A DNA stretch of 64,000 nucleotides from assembly GCA_965219095.1 (NCBI GenBank), contig OZ244719.1, positions 192,001 to 256,000 on the forward strand, read 5' to 3'. Under the pieces are notes generated by a model. The model had not been told where the DNA came from. It ran no database searches and saw nothing but the letters and a program-made list of their open reading frames with translations. Positions 52,679 through 63,243 of this stretch are shown here, piece by piece; positions within the stretch are counted from its first letter, which is position 1; each line of letters begins with the position of its first letter. The translations under genes were made by a program, and so were the position numbers. The stretch is from Bdellovibrionales bacterium (GTDB taxonomy: Bacteria; Bdellovibrionota; Bdellovibrionia; Bdellovibrionales; UBA1609).

Positions 52679-55600
52679 AAAGGCGGTATATTTTTTCCTT
52701 AGGCTTCTTGCTATGTCTATGTTTTTTTGCTTTCAGTCTCTTTTTATACAAAAAAAATCATGATACTTTAATTGCAAAAATTTCAGTATTTCTACAGGCC
52801 CAAAGTGACAAACTTCCCCTAAATATTAGCAAACCAGAAAGTCTACAATTTGATATCTTCAAAAGAACCATCAGTTTAAAAAAGATTTCAATTTCTTCTA
52901 AAAATAAAATGAAAAAAAATCTTTTATTTGAACCTTTTGAAATTTCCTCATTAGAATTCTATTTCAGCTTCCAAGACATAATTTCTTTTACCGTCAGAAG
53001 AAGATTTCATTTCAATGAAGTCACAGCCTATATTGATAACGTTAAAATTTCTTTTGATCATTTGAAAGCCTTGCCTAAAATTTTTCAACATGCATCGCAG
53101 GAGGGATCTCTCCATGGAAGCCGTTTCATACTTTTATCAAAAAAAGCAAATCAATTCATCAATTTCAATTTTCCGAAAGCTTCTATTACAAGTTCAAAAA
53201 AATCTCGTAAAATCTATTTTAAGAAGCTCATTCCAGTCACAATGAACTTTAATATAAAACATTTATCTTTTACATCAAAGTCTATGAATCTCAATGTAAA
53301 GGATATATTTCTTTCATCTAAACCTAATACAGAAGAGTTGTCGCAAGAAATTAGAATTAAAGAAATTCATATTAAAACAAAAAAACATAGGCTCCCCCCT
53401 TTATCCTTGGATACGAACCTTCTCATAAAAAACAACCTCTTAATTTCTTTTAAAAAATTTAAATTGAACTACCTAAAATCCAAACTTGATTTTTCAGGTA
53501 ACCTGAGTTTAAGAGATAACAAAATCAATCTTTTTAGTTATAAGAAGTGGAATTCGCAAATTTTCTTAAACTCCTCTGATTTTTCAAAAATAGGCTTCAA
53601 GGGAAAGGGACTCATAAAATTCAATTTAGATTATGAACCATCTCTGCTTACTATCAAAGTAAAGAGTCAAAATTTTCAATTTAAGAAGAATTCTCTAGGT
53701 TATATTGAATCTCACATCCTTCTAGACTCTAATAAAATAGTAGTTAAAGAAGCCCTTATAAAAAATAACAGAGGGGAAAGTCTTTTCATTAAAAATTCTA
53801 TACTTAAAAGACATGGCATTTCTCTTTTTGATATAAAATTGAACAAGTTTCGCTTAGGAAAAATTTTTCATCGTAATTTAAGTTTAAAATTAACAGGCCT
53901 TTTATTCTGTACACTTAATCCTTTTAAAAAAAGGCTTTCTTTTAACAAGAATTTACCCATAACTTGTAAAACAAAAGAAAATTTTCTTATAGAACATATG
54001 GAATTAAAGAATAAATTTTCAGCTAAAAATTTAAATTCCTATCTTTTTTTGAACTATGAAAATAAAATCCTTAAATATGAATCTCGCATTCGTTCTATAA
54101 AATTTATAGGAGAAAGCTCTTTAGGAGAGAACAGACATGCGGTTACTTATGAGGGAAGGAATGTGAATTTATCGCAATTTGATAAAATTTATAATTATTA
54201 TTTAGAGGGATTTGTCACTTTTAAAGGAAAAGCCCTGCTTCAAAAGGGAAAGGCCCAGATGGAGGCACAAACAAATCTTTCAAAAGTGAAGTTCAACAAC
54301 CTTTCAATAAAGAAGGCCCAAGCTCTTTTAAACTACAAAAATCAAAAAATTTTCTTTAAAAACTTACTGCTCCAATTTGATAAAACCTATTACAAAGGGA
54401 TGTTATCCTTAGACTTTAAAAAGAAGATGAGTTACTTTGATATCTTTTCTCCTAATATGAAAATGTCTGAAATTTCTCAAATTGAATTTAAAAATAAATC
54501 CAAAATTTTCCATAAGGTTTTTAAAAACTTTCTAGGAGAAGGCTCTATGAAGGTTGTGGGGACTAGCGATTTTGATATGGAGGATTTAACCTTTGATTTA
54601 AAAACGGATATTTTTAGAGGAAGTCTTTTTAAAGACTACTTCGATCATATAAAATTAAATATTACATCGCAAAAAAATCAGATCAAAATTGAAGATTCTT
54701 TTATCCAAAGGGACAAAGATAAGATTTTTGTCAGTGGGAATTATTCTAATAAAAATTTAAATGTAAAAGTATATACAGATAATTTTTATTTAGAACCTTT
54801 TCTGTTAAAGGACTATCTCCCTATAGTCAAAGGGTCCACAAAATTTAATTTATTAATTTCTGGAAATTTAAAAAACCCAGTTTTTAAATTAAACGGTCGT
54901 TTGCGAAACGATCTCTATAGCTCTCAAAATAACAAAATCCTCTTTCAAATGAAAATAAATGAAAACTTTATTTCATGCAATGCAGATTTCTTTAAAAAAA
55001 GCTTATTAGTTTTTTTCAAAATTCCTCGAAAGAAATATCTTCCTTTCTCTATTAATGGTTCTACAAAAAAATTTGATATTTCTAAGCTTATTCCTAAATT
55101 AAAAAAGCATCAAGGAGACGATTTTAAAGTTGAGCTAGACTCTCGGTTTAAATTTACCTCAAAAAATAGCAATTTTTTTAATTCTTACGGCTATCTTAAA
55201 GATGGGCAACTAAAAATCACTTCAGGACAACACTCTTTTCACAACAAGGTTCCCCTTCACTTAACTTTATCTAAAGGAACTTTAACAAGTCAGTCGCAAT
55301 TAGAAATTTATGGTAAAGCCCGTCAGTTTATAAAATTAAAAAATAATCTTATTGTATTTAAAAAACGTCTAAATATTCATATGGAAGGAAATATAAATGC
55401 AAAGGCATTCCAGTTTCTCTCTCCTGCAATAGCTATTGCCGATGGGGAAAGCCACTTTTTTTTAAAAATTGTAGGCGATGAGAAGAATCTCAATTCTAAT
55501 GGGTATTTTAATCTTAGAAAAGGGTTTTTAAAATTAAAAGACTTCAAACATTCTTTAGAACAGATCCAAATGAACTTAAATATAGTTAATAACAAAGTTT

Positions 55601-56712
55601 CAATAGATTCATTTAAAGCTAATATCAACGATACACCTAGCAAAATTAGTGGACACATAAAAATTTTTCAAAAAAATGCTATGCCTTTAGATCTCTCTTT
55701 AAAAATGTCTAATTTTAATTTAGAATATCCTAAAGGACTGCAAACTAAAGGAAATTTGAATCTTTCTCTAAAAGGCCGGAAGCACCCCTATAAACTATCA
55801 GGATTTATAAAAATTAAGGAAGGCAAAACATCTTCAGACTTAGGAAAAAAATCATCATCTTACATTTATCCTAGTGTTTTTCTTAAAAATATAGGCACAA
55901 AAAAGACCCTTAGTAAGGTTATTTTCGATCAGCTTCTCGTTGAAGGACAGAATTTAAATTTCTTAAATAAAAATCTTAACTTTAAGGTTAGTGGCCATGC
56001 TTATCTTTTAGGAAGTTTTCGAAACCCTATTCTTGAGGGGAGGGCTAATATTCTTCCGGAAAGCAGTTTTGAGTTTCAAAATAACAAATTTTTTATTACA
56101 AGGGGCAGCTTATCTTATCAAAGAGATTTTGCAGACAACCCTAGAGTTTTTATACTTGCTTATACTCCTGTGGAGACAGGGAAAATTTCTTATAAGATCG
56201 ACATTAAAGTAGAAGGTTTTGCTAAAAAAAATCAAATAACTCTATCAAGCACTCCCCCTCTTAACAGAAACGAAATTTTAAGGTTATTAAGGTCTCGAAT
56301 CACACCAGAAGATCTTGATGACCTGTCACAAGCTCAAAATGAACTTGCTAGTGAGGGAATCTATCAAGTTAGTAGTTTTATTTTTTCTAATCTTTTGGGT
56401 GATACAATAAGAAATAATTTAGGTTTAAACGTAAGAATTTTACCCTCAGAAGACACAACTGAAAACAATACACTTATAGTACCTAAAATAAAAGTCGAAA
56501 AACAAATATCAGACAGCCTTAATTTATCTATTAGTAGAACCTTTGGTGTTCAAGAGAAAAATAATATTAATCTTATCTATAAACTATCCAATAAATGGTC
56601 CTTACAAGCTTCCTGGGAAGACAGCAATAAATCTAAAGATAATAAAGCAACAGATTCTTCTAACACTCAGAGTTTTGATATTAATTTAGAATATAAAAGA
56701 AGGTTCAAATAA
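52660..56712 (+). CDS. tamB: TamB-like translocation and assembly module protein
   Basis: N-terminal TM, long beta-rich body, C-terminal LSSTPPL..EIL..LL DUF490-like region; adjacent to an Omp85 gene. Confidence 0.78.
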   Translation: MGNTRMKRRYIFSLGFLLCLCFFAFSLFLYKKNHDTLIAKISVFLQAQSDKLPLNISKPESLQFDIFKRTISLKKISISSKNKMKKNLLFEPFEISSLEFYFSFQDIISFTVRRRFHFNEVTAYIDNVKISFDHLKALPKIFQHASQEGSLHGSRFILLSKKANQFINFNFPKASITSSKKSRKIYFKKLIPVTMNFNIKHLSFTSKSMNLNVKDIFLSSKPNTEELSQEIRIKEIHIKTKKHRLPPLSLDTNLLIKNNLLISFKKFKLNYLKSKLDFSGNLSLRDNKINLFSYKKWNSQIFLNSSDFSKIGFKGKGLIKFNLDYEPSLLTIKVKSQNFQFKKNSLGYIESHILLDSNKIVVKEALIKNNRGESLFIKNSILKRHGISLFDIKLNKFRLGKIFHRNLSLKLTGLLFCTLNPFKKRLSFNKNLPITCKTKENFLIEHMELKNKFSAKNLNSYLFLNYENKILKYESRIRSIKFIGESSLGENRHAVTYEGRNVNLSQFDKIYNYYLEGFVTFKGKALLQKGKAQMEAQTNLSKVKFNNLSIKKAQALLNYKNQKIFFKNLLLQFDKTYYKGMLSLDFKKKMSYFDIFSPNMKMSEISQIEFKNKSKIFHKVFKNFLGEGSMKVVGTSDFDMEDLTFDLKTDIFRGSLFKDYFDHIKLNITSQKNQIKIEDSFIQRDKDKIFVSGNYSNKNLNVKVYTDNFYLEPFLLKDYLPIVKGSTKFNLLISGNLKNPVFKLNGRLRNDLYSSQNNKILFQMKINENFISCNADFFKKSLLVFFKIPRKKYLPFSINGSTKKFDISKLIPKLKKHQGDDFKVELDSRFKFTSKNSNFFNSYGYLKDGQLKITSGQHSFHNKVPLHLTLSKGTLTSQSQLEIYGKARQFIKLKNNLIVFKKRLNIHMEGNINAKAFQFLSPAIAIADGESHFFLKIVGDEKNLNSNGYFNLRKGFLKLKDFKHSLEQIQMNLNIVNNKVSIDSFKANINDTPSKISGHIKIFQKNAMPLDLSLKMSNFNLEYPKGLQTKGNLNLSLKGRKHPYKLSGFIKIKEGKTSSDLGKKSSSYIYPSVFLKNIGTKKTLSKVIFDQLLVEGQNLNFLNKNLNFKVSGHAYLLGSFRNPILEGRANILPESSFEFQNNKFFITRGSLSYQRDFADNPRVFILAYTPVETGKISYKIDIKVEGFAKKNQITLSSTPPLNRNEILRLLRSRITPEDLDDLSQAQNELASEGIYQVSSFIFSNLLGDTIRNNLGLNVRILPSEDTTENNTLIVPKIKVEKQISDSLNLSISRTFGVQEKNNINLIYKLSNKWSLQASWEDSNKSKDNKATDSSNTQSFDINLEYKRRFK

Positions 56713-59258
56713 TGAATTGGCAATTCGCTGTTGGGCTTATTTTTCTACTCATTCACATAGAAGCTTTCTGTAAAATAAGTGTAATATTTCAGGGGGTTTC
56801 TTCTTTAAATATCGAAAGCTTACAGGAACAAATATCATATTTGAAAAAAAATCAAATAAAAAAATTTTTAATTTCAAAATATAAAAGCAAGGGGTTTTTT
56901 AATGCAAACATTTCACTACTTCATAAAGGTGAAGGTTCTTATATTGTTGAAGTTAAAGAGGGCGATCTATGTAAAATAAAAAGCATTAAAGTTCATAAAA
57001 AAAGAAAAGAGCTCAAAAACCTTTCTCATTTTTATAGGGCAACAGATGAGGTCTGCTCAAATGAAAATAAAAAATCCATTGAAAGAATTCTAAAGAAAAA
57101 ATTACTGAAGGAAAACTATTTTAGATACAATTTGAAGTCATACAATTTCGTCTTATCGTCCGATAAAAAAACAGCTATCTTATATTTTGATTTTGATAAT
57201 TTGGATCAACTTAATTTAAAATTCATAGGTAACAAAAAGATCTCAACACGGAGACTGTTAAGGGATCTTGATTTGGATGAGTATTTTAAAGTCGAACTTG
57301 ATTTTGAAGATTACTTGTTTCAAAAAATAAAGATTTCTTATTACAATTTAGGTTATACCGGAACCAAAATAAAAATTGAAGAGAAGAAAGGGCTTATTAT
57401 AGCTAGTATACAAGAAGGGTCAAAGGTTCTCATAGATGAAATTAGAATTAAAGGAAGATTCTCAAGGCCTGTTAAGTATTATATAAATTATATACTTAAA
57501 AATAGTTCAGAATTTATAAAACTAGGCTATTTTAATATTGAAGATTTTGAGTTAACACTTAGTAAACTTTCTAATCATATAAGAAATGAGGGTTATGTGG
57601 AGTTTGAATTAGTTTCAAAAAATTATAAATTTTCAAAGAATGAGAAGAAAGTTAGTATTACGTTAAATTTAAACGAAGGATCCATAGCTGTTATAGGAGA
57701 AATTAATTTTATTGGTGCTGAAAGGGTTTCCTATAAACAACTCTCTAAAGTCTTGGGCTTGAAGGTTGGATCACCTCTTAATTTTTATAAATTAGAAGGC
57801 AGTTTTGAAAAACTAAAATCATTTTACAACAGCTTTGGTTATCTTGAAATGAAGCTTAAAACAGATTCTGACATTATTAAGTACGATGAGGGAACAAAAG
57901 AAGCTCGTCTTAACTTAAAAATTGAAGAAGGACAACAAATCAAAATTAAAAATATCTTTGTTAAAGGTCTTAGATTGACAAAAAATAACTTTGTTGTAAA
58001 ACTTTCAGGACTGAAACAAGGTGATGTTCTAACATCTGAAAAGATAACACAAGCCATTTCAAATTTGGATAATTCAGACCTTTTTAGTTTCGTCAATATT
58101 GATTTTGAAAAAACAAAAGAATCTCAAAGAAATTTAACAATCTTGGTTCAAGAAATAGATCCAGGAGAAATAAGAACAGGTATTGGTCTAAATAAAGAAA
58201 GCGGTATTAGTGGTAAAATTTATGGAGAGCTTTTTTATAAGAATATAAAAGGAAAAGGAAGGCAATTTCGACTTTTTTCTGAGCTAAAAAATAATTTTAC
58301 TTATCCAAAATTAGGCCTTGATTATAATATTACAACAACATATGTAGAACCTTTTTTATTGGGAGGGAATCTTAAAGGTATTGCAAAAACCTCTCTCGGA
58401 AAACAAGTCACACAAATTGAAGTCATAAATAAAGAAAATAAAATTAGCTTTGAAAGGACGAGACAGTTAGGATTTTTTATTGAAAAAAAATTAAACTATA
58501 ATATATTTTTCCAACTTAATTTATGGTCTCTAGAAGTTTTAAATCACTTTACTATTAAGGGTTCAGAAACTGTATTCGATGACGGTGAAAAAGTCTCATT
58601 AATAGGCCCTAGTCTTTATTTAGATTATAGAGATAATCAATTTTTACCTACAAAAGGATTTTATTTCAATTGGAATTTGTTTTACTCTGCTCCTTTTGCT
58701 GGGAGTTCTGAAGGAATCCACTTTTTGAAGACAGAAAACACTTTTAACTACTATAACAATTTCAATATATTTGTTTTAGCTCAAATGCTAAGAGTTGGGT
58801 TTTTAAAAAATTTAAGTTCATCAGAACTAAGCGGTGTACCTAAAAGCTATGCTTTTTTTCTAGGAGGAGACTCAACTTTAAGAGGTTATAGAGCCGTGCA
58901 ACCCAATGAACGCCTCCCTTTTTCTGATGATTTTAGAAACTCCGGAGAAGATCCTGATAATACCAAATCTTTTATCAAAGATAAAAGTTATTTATTTTTG
59001 TACAAAGCAGAGACTCGTATTCCCCTTTTTGGCAGATTTAATAGCGTTTTGTTTTACGATTTAGGAGCAGTTTTTGTATCTCATATCAAGCAGAAAAAAC
59101 CTTTTGCTCATTCAACAGGCTTTGGTATAAGGTATAAAACTCCCATCGGAACCATAAATATAGAGTGGGCCTTTAAGCTTGGTCAGTTAAGAAAAATTGG
59201 TGAACCTAAAAAAACAGAACCTCGCTACCGCATACATTTCTCTCTTGGCTCCTATTAA
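56712..59258 (+). CDS. Omp85-family (TamA/BamA-like) outer membrane protein with POTRA domains
   Basis: Signal peptide, POTRA-like repeats, DYRDN..PTKG, GGDSTLRGY, GFGIRYKTPIGTI..FSLG. Confidence 0.9.
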   Translation: MNWQFAVGLIFLLIHIEAFCKISVIFQGVSSLNIESLQEQISYLKKNQIKKFLISKYKSKGFFNANISLLHKGEGSYIVEVKEGDLCKIKSIKVHKKRKELKNLSHFYRATDEVCSNENKKSIERILKKKLLKENYFRYNLKSYNFVLSSDKKTAILYFDFDNLDQLNLKFIGNKKISTRRLLRDLDLDEYFKVELDFEDYLFQKIKISYYNLGYTGTKIKIEEKKGLIIASIQEGSKVLIDEIRIKGRFSRPVKYYINYILKNSSEFIKLGYFNIEDFELTLSKLSNHIRNEGYVEFELVSKNYKFSKNEKKVSITLNLNEGSIAVIGEINFIGAERVSYKQLSKVLGLKVGSPLNFYKLEGSFEKLKSFYNSFGYLEMKLKTDSDIIKYDEGTKEARLNLKIEEGQQIKIKNIFVKGLRLTKNNFVVKLSGLKQGDVLTSEKITQAISNLDNSDLFSFVNIDFEKTKESQRNLTILVQEIDPGEIRTGIGLNKESGISGKIYGELFYKNIKGKGRQFRLFSELKNNFTYPKLGLDYNITTTYVEPFLLGGNLKGIAKTSLGKQVTQIEVINKENKISFERTRQLGFFIEKKLNYNIFFQLNLWSLEVLNHFTIKGSETVFDDGEKVSLIGPSLYLDYRDNQFLPTKGFYFNWNLFYSAPFAGSSEGIHFLKTENTFNYYNNFNIFVLAQMLRVGFLKNLSSSELSGVPKSYAFFLGGDSTLRGYRAVQPNERLPFSDDFRNSGEDPDNTKSFIKDKSYLFLYKAETRIPLFGRFNSVLFYDLGAVFVSHIKQKKPFAHSTGFGIRYKTPIGTINIEWAFKLGQLRKIGEPKKTEPRYRIHFSLGSY

Positions 59259-59357
59259 CCCAAGTTTCAACTTTTTTCGGGGCTAAAGATAGCTGATATA
59301 GCCGAATACCTCAGCCCTTTGTAAGATTTTCTTAAAAAAGAGGCAATTTATAAGAAA

Positions 59358-60516
59358 GCCTCCTCAAAAGAATCTGTGGGTTCCCGGAGGTTCTGGCAGT
59401 TTTCCAAGGTTATGATATAAGGCGATTTTTATAGCTTTAGAGGTTCTAAAGCCGTAAGATTTTCTCATAGTGAGTTTTACTTTGTTGTTTAAACCCTCTA
59501 CAATCCCTGAGGAGAAGGCTTTTTTAGCCTTGAAGTAATTAAGAATAAGTAGCTTATGTCTTCGTATGGTTTTTGCTTCTCTTTTCATAGGTTCAATTTT
59601 TGAAAGCATGACTCGTCTCGTCCAACTGTCTATAAATTTACCAGCCCAAGTTGGTGAAACATAGGTCCATAACTGTCGGAAGTCTTCTTTTAAAAGATAA
59701 CAGCGGATACTTTTTAAATTGTACTGTATTAAATGCCTTAATTTGTAATAGTCGCGACTTAATCTGACACGTCTCGAAATGTCAAAGAGATGAAAAGAGG
59801 TTACCCTTTTAAATAAACAATACCACCCCAAAGGGTTGAACTTCCCCTGTTTCTGCGGACAGTCAATTTTCTCTTAAAGTCTCCATAAAATGGAGGTAAA
59901 AGAAAGAATTATAAAATCAAAAGTAGGTCTTTTGCAATTAGCAGAAGAGTTAGGCAATGTATCTCAAGCTTGTAAGGTGATGGGCTTTTCAAGAGATACA
60001 TTTTATCGTTACAAGACACTCAAAGAGGAAGGAGGTTTAGAATCATTAAGAGAGCAAAGTCGTAGAAAGCCTAATTTAAAAAACAGAGTTGATCAAACGA
60101 CAGAAGAGGCTTGTTTAAGGATCGCTATAGAACTTCCTGCCTATGGACAGTTGAGAGCGTCCAATGAGTTAAGGAAAAAAGGAATTTTTATTTCTCCTGC
60201 AGGAGTTAGAGGGGTCTGGCTGAGAAATAATTTAGAGACTTTCAAAAAGTGATCTTCCCCCAAAAAAGTGGACAGTTTTTTGGGGGAAGTTCATAGTCTT
60301 TAAAAGCATCTCTTCCCTCCTTTGTTTTTTTTGGTTGAATAAACATTTTAAGGCATCTGGGAAGTAGGTGCTTCTTTTTTAAAATTTTAATGTAATACAG
60401 CAAATAAAAGAATGTTTTTGAGTTCAATCGCCAAAGGCGATAGAGGCCAGTAAGGCCTCAAAGAACTCAAAAATACAAGACAGGATATCTTACTCTTACT
60501 TTGATTAATATGACCT
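59358..60516. mobile_element. IS mosaic: ISL3 3' part (59358-59743), IS481 left end (from 59744), IS3 left end (from 59837), IS481 5' coding piece (to 60249), 44-bp mini-IS3 (60250-60293), ISL3 5' part
   Basis: Segments match other copies in the window; KVGLLQLAEELGNVSQACKVMG is an IS481-type HTH. Confidence 0.85.
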
Positions 60517-60551
60517 TGGTTGTTCTTACAATCCTTTTTGAAAAATTTATA

Positions 60552-60591
60552 TGTCCATTTTTGTTCACTTTTGTTCACTTTTGTCCGTTTT
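60552..60591. repeat. four 10-bp direct repeats upstream of a small secreted-protein gene
   Basis: TGTCCATTTT TGTTCACTTT TGTTCACTTT TGTCCGTTTT. Confidence 0.75.
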
Positions 60592-60670
60592 AAAAATGAT
60601 TTCATTCGTTTATAACCTTATCTTGCTTGATGCACACAAAATATAATGTAGTAATGAAAGGAGAATAAAA

Positions 60671-60985
60671 ATGAAAAAAATAATTTTAATTATAATTACA
60701 TCTGTATTGTTTTCGCAGATGGTGGTGGCCAAAATTTTCACTTTTAAAGGCTTGGGAAGTACCTATTATGGTAACTGTCCATGGACCCCTAATGGTAAGG
60801 ATTGCGATCTCGATGAGCTTGAAGTTAAAGCCTTTGATGCTTGTTATAAAAGTTATGATTATTGCGTAACTATTGAGAAATACACCCACACTATAAGAAG
60901 AAATAATGCAGCTTGGTGGAACAACTGTAGCAAAGGTTCTAAAAGATATCAGTGCGTAGTAAGAGTGAGAGGGAGCAACAATTAA
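60671..60985 (+). CDS. small secreted cysteine-rich protein
   Basis: AAGGAG SD, MKK signal peptide, six Cys in the mature part. Confidence 0.75.
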   Translation: MKKIILIIITSVLFSQMVVAKIFTFKGLGSTYYGNCPWTPNGKDCDLDELEVKAFDACYKSYDYCVTIEKYTHTIRRNNAAWWNNCSKGSKRYQCVVRVRGSNN

Positions 60986-61445
60986 ATAACCCAAATTCCA
61001 CGCTAAAAATGATCACTACATTGCTCTAACATAAGATGTAATAGTCGCAACTTAATCTGACACTTTTTTTGGGGGATTCTTAACTACTTTTTACCCACAG
61101 ATTTCCTGGAAGGAGCATAAATTTTTTCTCTTTGACCCATGGCAGAAAAAGAGGGAGGACAATAAATCTGATTTCACTAGTATGGGATTATTGGCTCTTT
61201 TAATTTTAAGAAAACTTTGTTTCTTTAGTTACGATGCTGTTGGCTTTTCCTATGGTTTGGTTGGATTTATTGACGGTATCTACTAGATGCATTGCCTTGC
61301 GAAAAAATGCTCTAAATTGGATAAGAAAGTTTAGGTCTCATATAAAATACTCTAATGAAATAACCCAAAAAACTTAGAAATTAAATTATAATTTCAATTT
61401 AAAAAAAGGGACTCTGTATCCTAGTCTTAAAATTTTGACATCACC

Positions 61446-62423
61446 TTGTCTCTTTGCCATTGTATAGTTATGCCTTATATCAAAAGTTTTTTAAGAGTGA
61501 GTTTTTTAGTTCTGCTGAGCTATGAAGCTTTAGCTCAATTAGGAGCTTATGAAGTCAAGGAGAAAACAAATCTTGTTGTAAAGGGTTTTTATGGTGATTT
61601 AGAGCTTATTCCTTCCCGTCAAGAGAAAAAAATTCTTGTAAACTCCAACTCTTTTTTTAAAATCATAGATACAGAAAAGAAGCTCACAGTAGAGTTTTCC
61701 ATTCCTTTAAAGGATATCAATAAAGCTCAAAAAGTGATCCTCAAGTTGGTCTATCCTGAAAAGCTAAATTTAGATGTTTACTGGTATAAGGCTTATGTGA
61801 AACTGAAAGGCCCTAGAGGAAAAGTCTTTCTGCAACTTCAAGAAGGGGAATTGAACTTAGAAGAGAACAAAGCTGAAATGACAATTTATACGCAAAAAGC
61901 AAAAATAAAGATTTTACGAAATGAAGCCTCTGTGTTTGTAAAAACTTTTTCAAGTTCTACTGAGATAGAGAAAAATAAAAAAACAGTGAGCTTAGATTCT
62001 TTTTTAGGATCTGTAGAAATGAGAGATTCTTCTGGTTTTTTTAAAGTTCAAGGAGAGAAAACAAAAGTACGTTTGAACCACTTTTCAGGTGTTTTTAAAT
62101 TTTCTCTAAGAGAGGCCGATTTGAAGGCTGAAAACTTAGATGCAAAAGTGACAGGGTGGGCTGGTTTAGGGCTTGTTAATCTAGATTTTAACAAGAAAAT
62201 TGATTTGAATGTAAAAACGAATGAGAGTTCAGTTGAGGTGGCTTTTAAAGACCTCAAAGGGAAAGTCTTTCTTCTTTCTAAGAAGGGCTCTATTAAAGCA
62301 CCTCAAGGGATTCTTGTTAAACAATCTCTTTACACACAGGCGAAGGGCTTCTTTCATGGAGAAAAAAAAGGTAAAATCCTTGTCAAAACAGAAAAAGGTG
62401 CTATTATCTTAAAAAGAAAGTAG
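61446..62423 (+). CDS. exported beta-strand repeat protein (DUF4097/adhesin-like; likely start 61470)
   Basis: Signal peptide; repeated xKTxxGxIxL-type strands. Confidence 0.65.
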   Translation: MSLCHCIVMPYIKSFLRVSFLVLLSYEALAQLGAYEVKEKTNLVVKGFYGDLELIPSRQEKKILVNSNSFFKIIDTEKKLTVEFSIPLKDINKAQKVILKLVYPEKLNLDVYWYKAYVKLKGPRGKVFLQLQEGELNLEENKAEMTIYTQKAKIKILRNEASVFVKTFSSSTEIEKNKKTVSLDSFLGSVEMRDSSGFFKVQGEKTKVRLNHFSGVFKFSLREADLKAENLDAKVTGWAGLGLVNLDFNKKIDLNVKTNESSVEVAFKDLKGKVFLLSKKGSIKAPQGILVKQSLYTQAKGFFHGEKKGKILVKTEKGAIILKRK

Positions 62424-62434
62424 GTAAGTGTGCC

Positions 62435-63175
62435 ATGGCAAAGAAAAAGAAAAAAAAATCCTTAATCAAAAAAATTAAGAATATTGTGATACGTTCAAAA
62501 TCAAAAAAGACGGAAACTAAAAAGAAGGCAAAGAAAAAAGTCAATAAAAAAAGACAAAAAAAGACTTCTCAAAAACCTATTAAAAAGGCCAAAAAAAAGA
62601 CTAAAAAAATTATTTCAAAAACCTTTCAAAAGAAACAAACTAAAAAAACTAAAAAAATAGTTTTTAAAAGGAAAAAAAATAAGGATACAACTCAACAGAC
62701 TCGGAAAAAACCTCAGAAGAAAGCGGAAAAAGCTGTTGTGCAATCTATGAAGAAAGAAAAAAGGCTTACTTATATAGATGAGATGAAAAAAGCCCTTCTT
62801 AATTATAAAGACCACCCACCTGAGCAAACGATCCTTGTCGATGCAGAAAGAAGAGCTTATTGTTTAGCAATTGACTGTGATCAAATTGCTCAAGTGGAAA
62901 GTTATTGTCGTTATCATTATCTTTCTTTATGGAAAAAAATCCAAAAACGTAGAAAAATATTAGCAGAAAACCAGATTTACACTTACCTACAGATCCTTTC
63001 TGATTCTTACTCTCTAAGAATGATTTATGTGATTTATAAGGATCTTTCTGACGAAAGAGACTTTTTAGATGTCATTCAAGAACTTTATTCTGATGACTTA
63101 GAATTTTCTCAAAGTGAGGAAGGGCCTTTAGGAAGCAATATAGAAAGTGAAATAGAAAATTTTAATAAAGGCTAG
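62435..63175 (+). CDS. Lys-rich N-terminal region plus CCCH-type motif protein
   Basis: About 100 aa of Lys-rich sequence; YCLAIDC..YCRYHY; acidic tail. Confidence 0.75.
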   Translation: MAKKKKKKSLIKKIKNIVIRSKSKKTETKKKAKKKVNKKRQKKTSQKPIKKAKKKTKKIISKTFQKKQTKKTKKIVFKRKKNKDTTQQTRKKPQKKAEKAVVQSMKKEKRLTYIDEMKKALLNYKDHPPEQTILVDAERRAYCLAIDCDQIAQVESYCRYHYLSLWKKIQKRRKILAENQIYTYLQILSDSYSLRMIYVIYKDLSDERDFLDVIQELYSDDLEFSQSEEGPLGSNIESEIENFNKG

Positions 63176-63243
63176 TGTTCTGACCAGTAATTTTTTTCAC
63201 AATTTTCAAGCCTTTAATCCAGGTCATTTTATTTAATTTTTTT

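Noticed and set aside
59364..59831. 155-aa ORF with a novel N-terminus
   Set aside because: Chance read-through from an IS481 end into an ISL3 3' fragment
60686..60994. 102-aa minus-strand ORF
   Set aside because: Overlaps the plus-strand gene, which has an SD and a signal peptide
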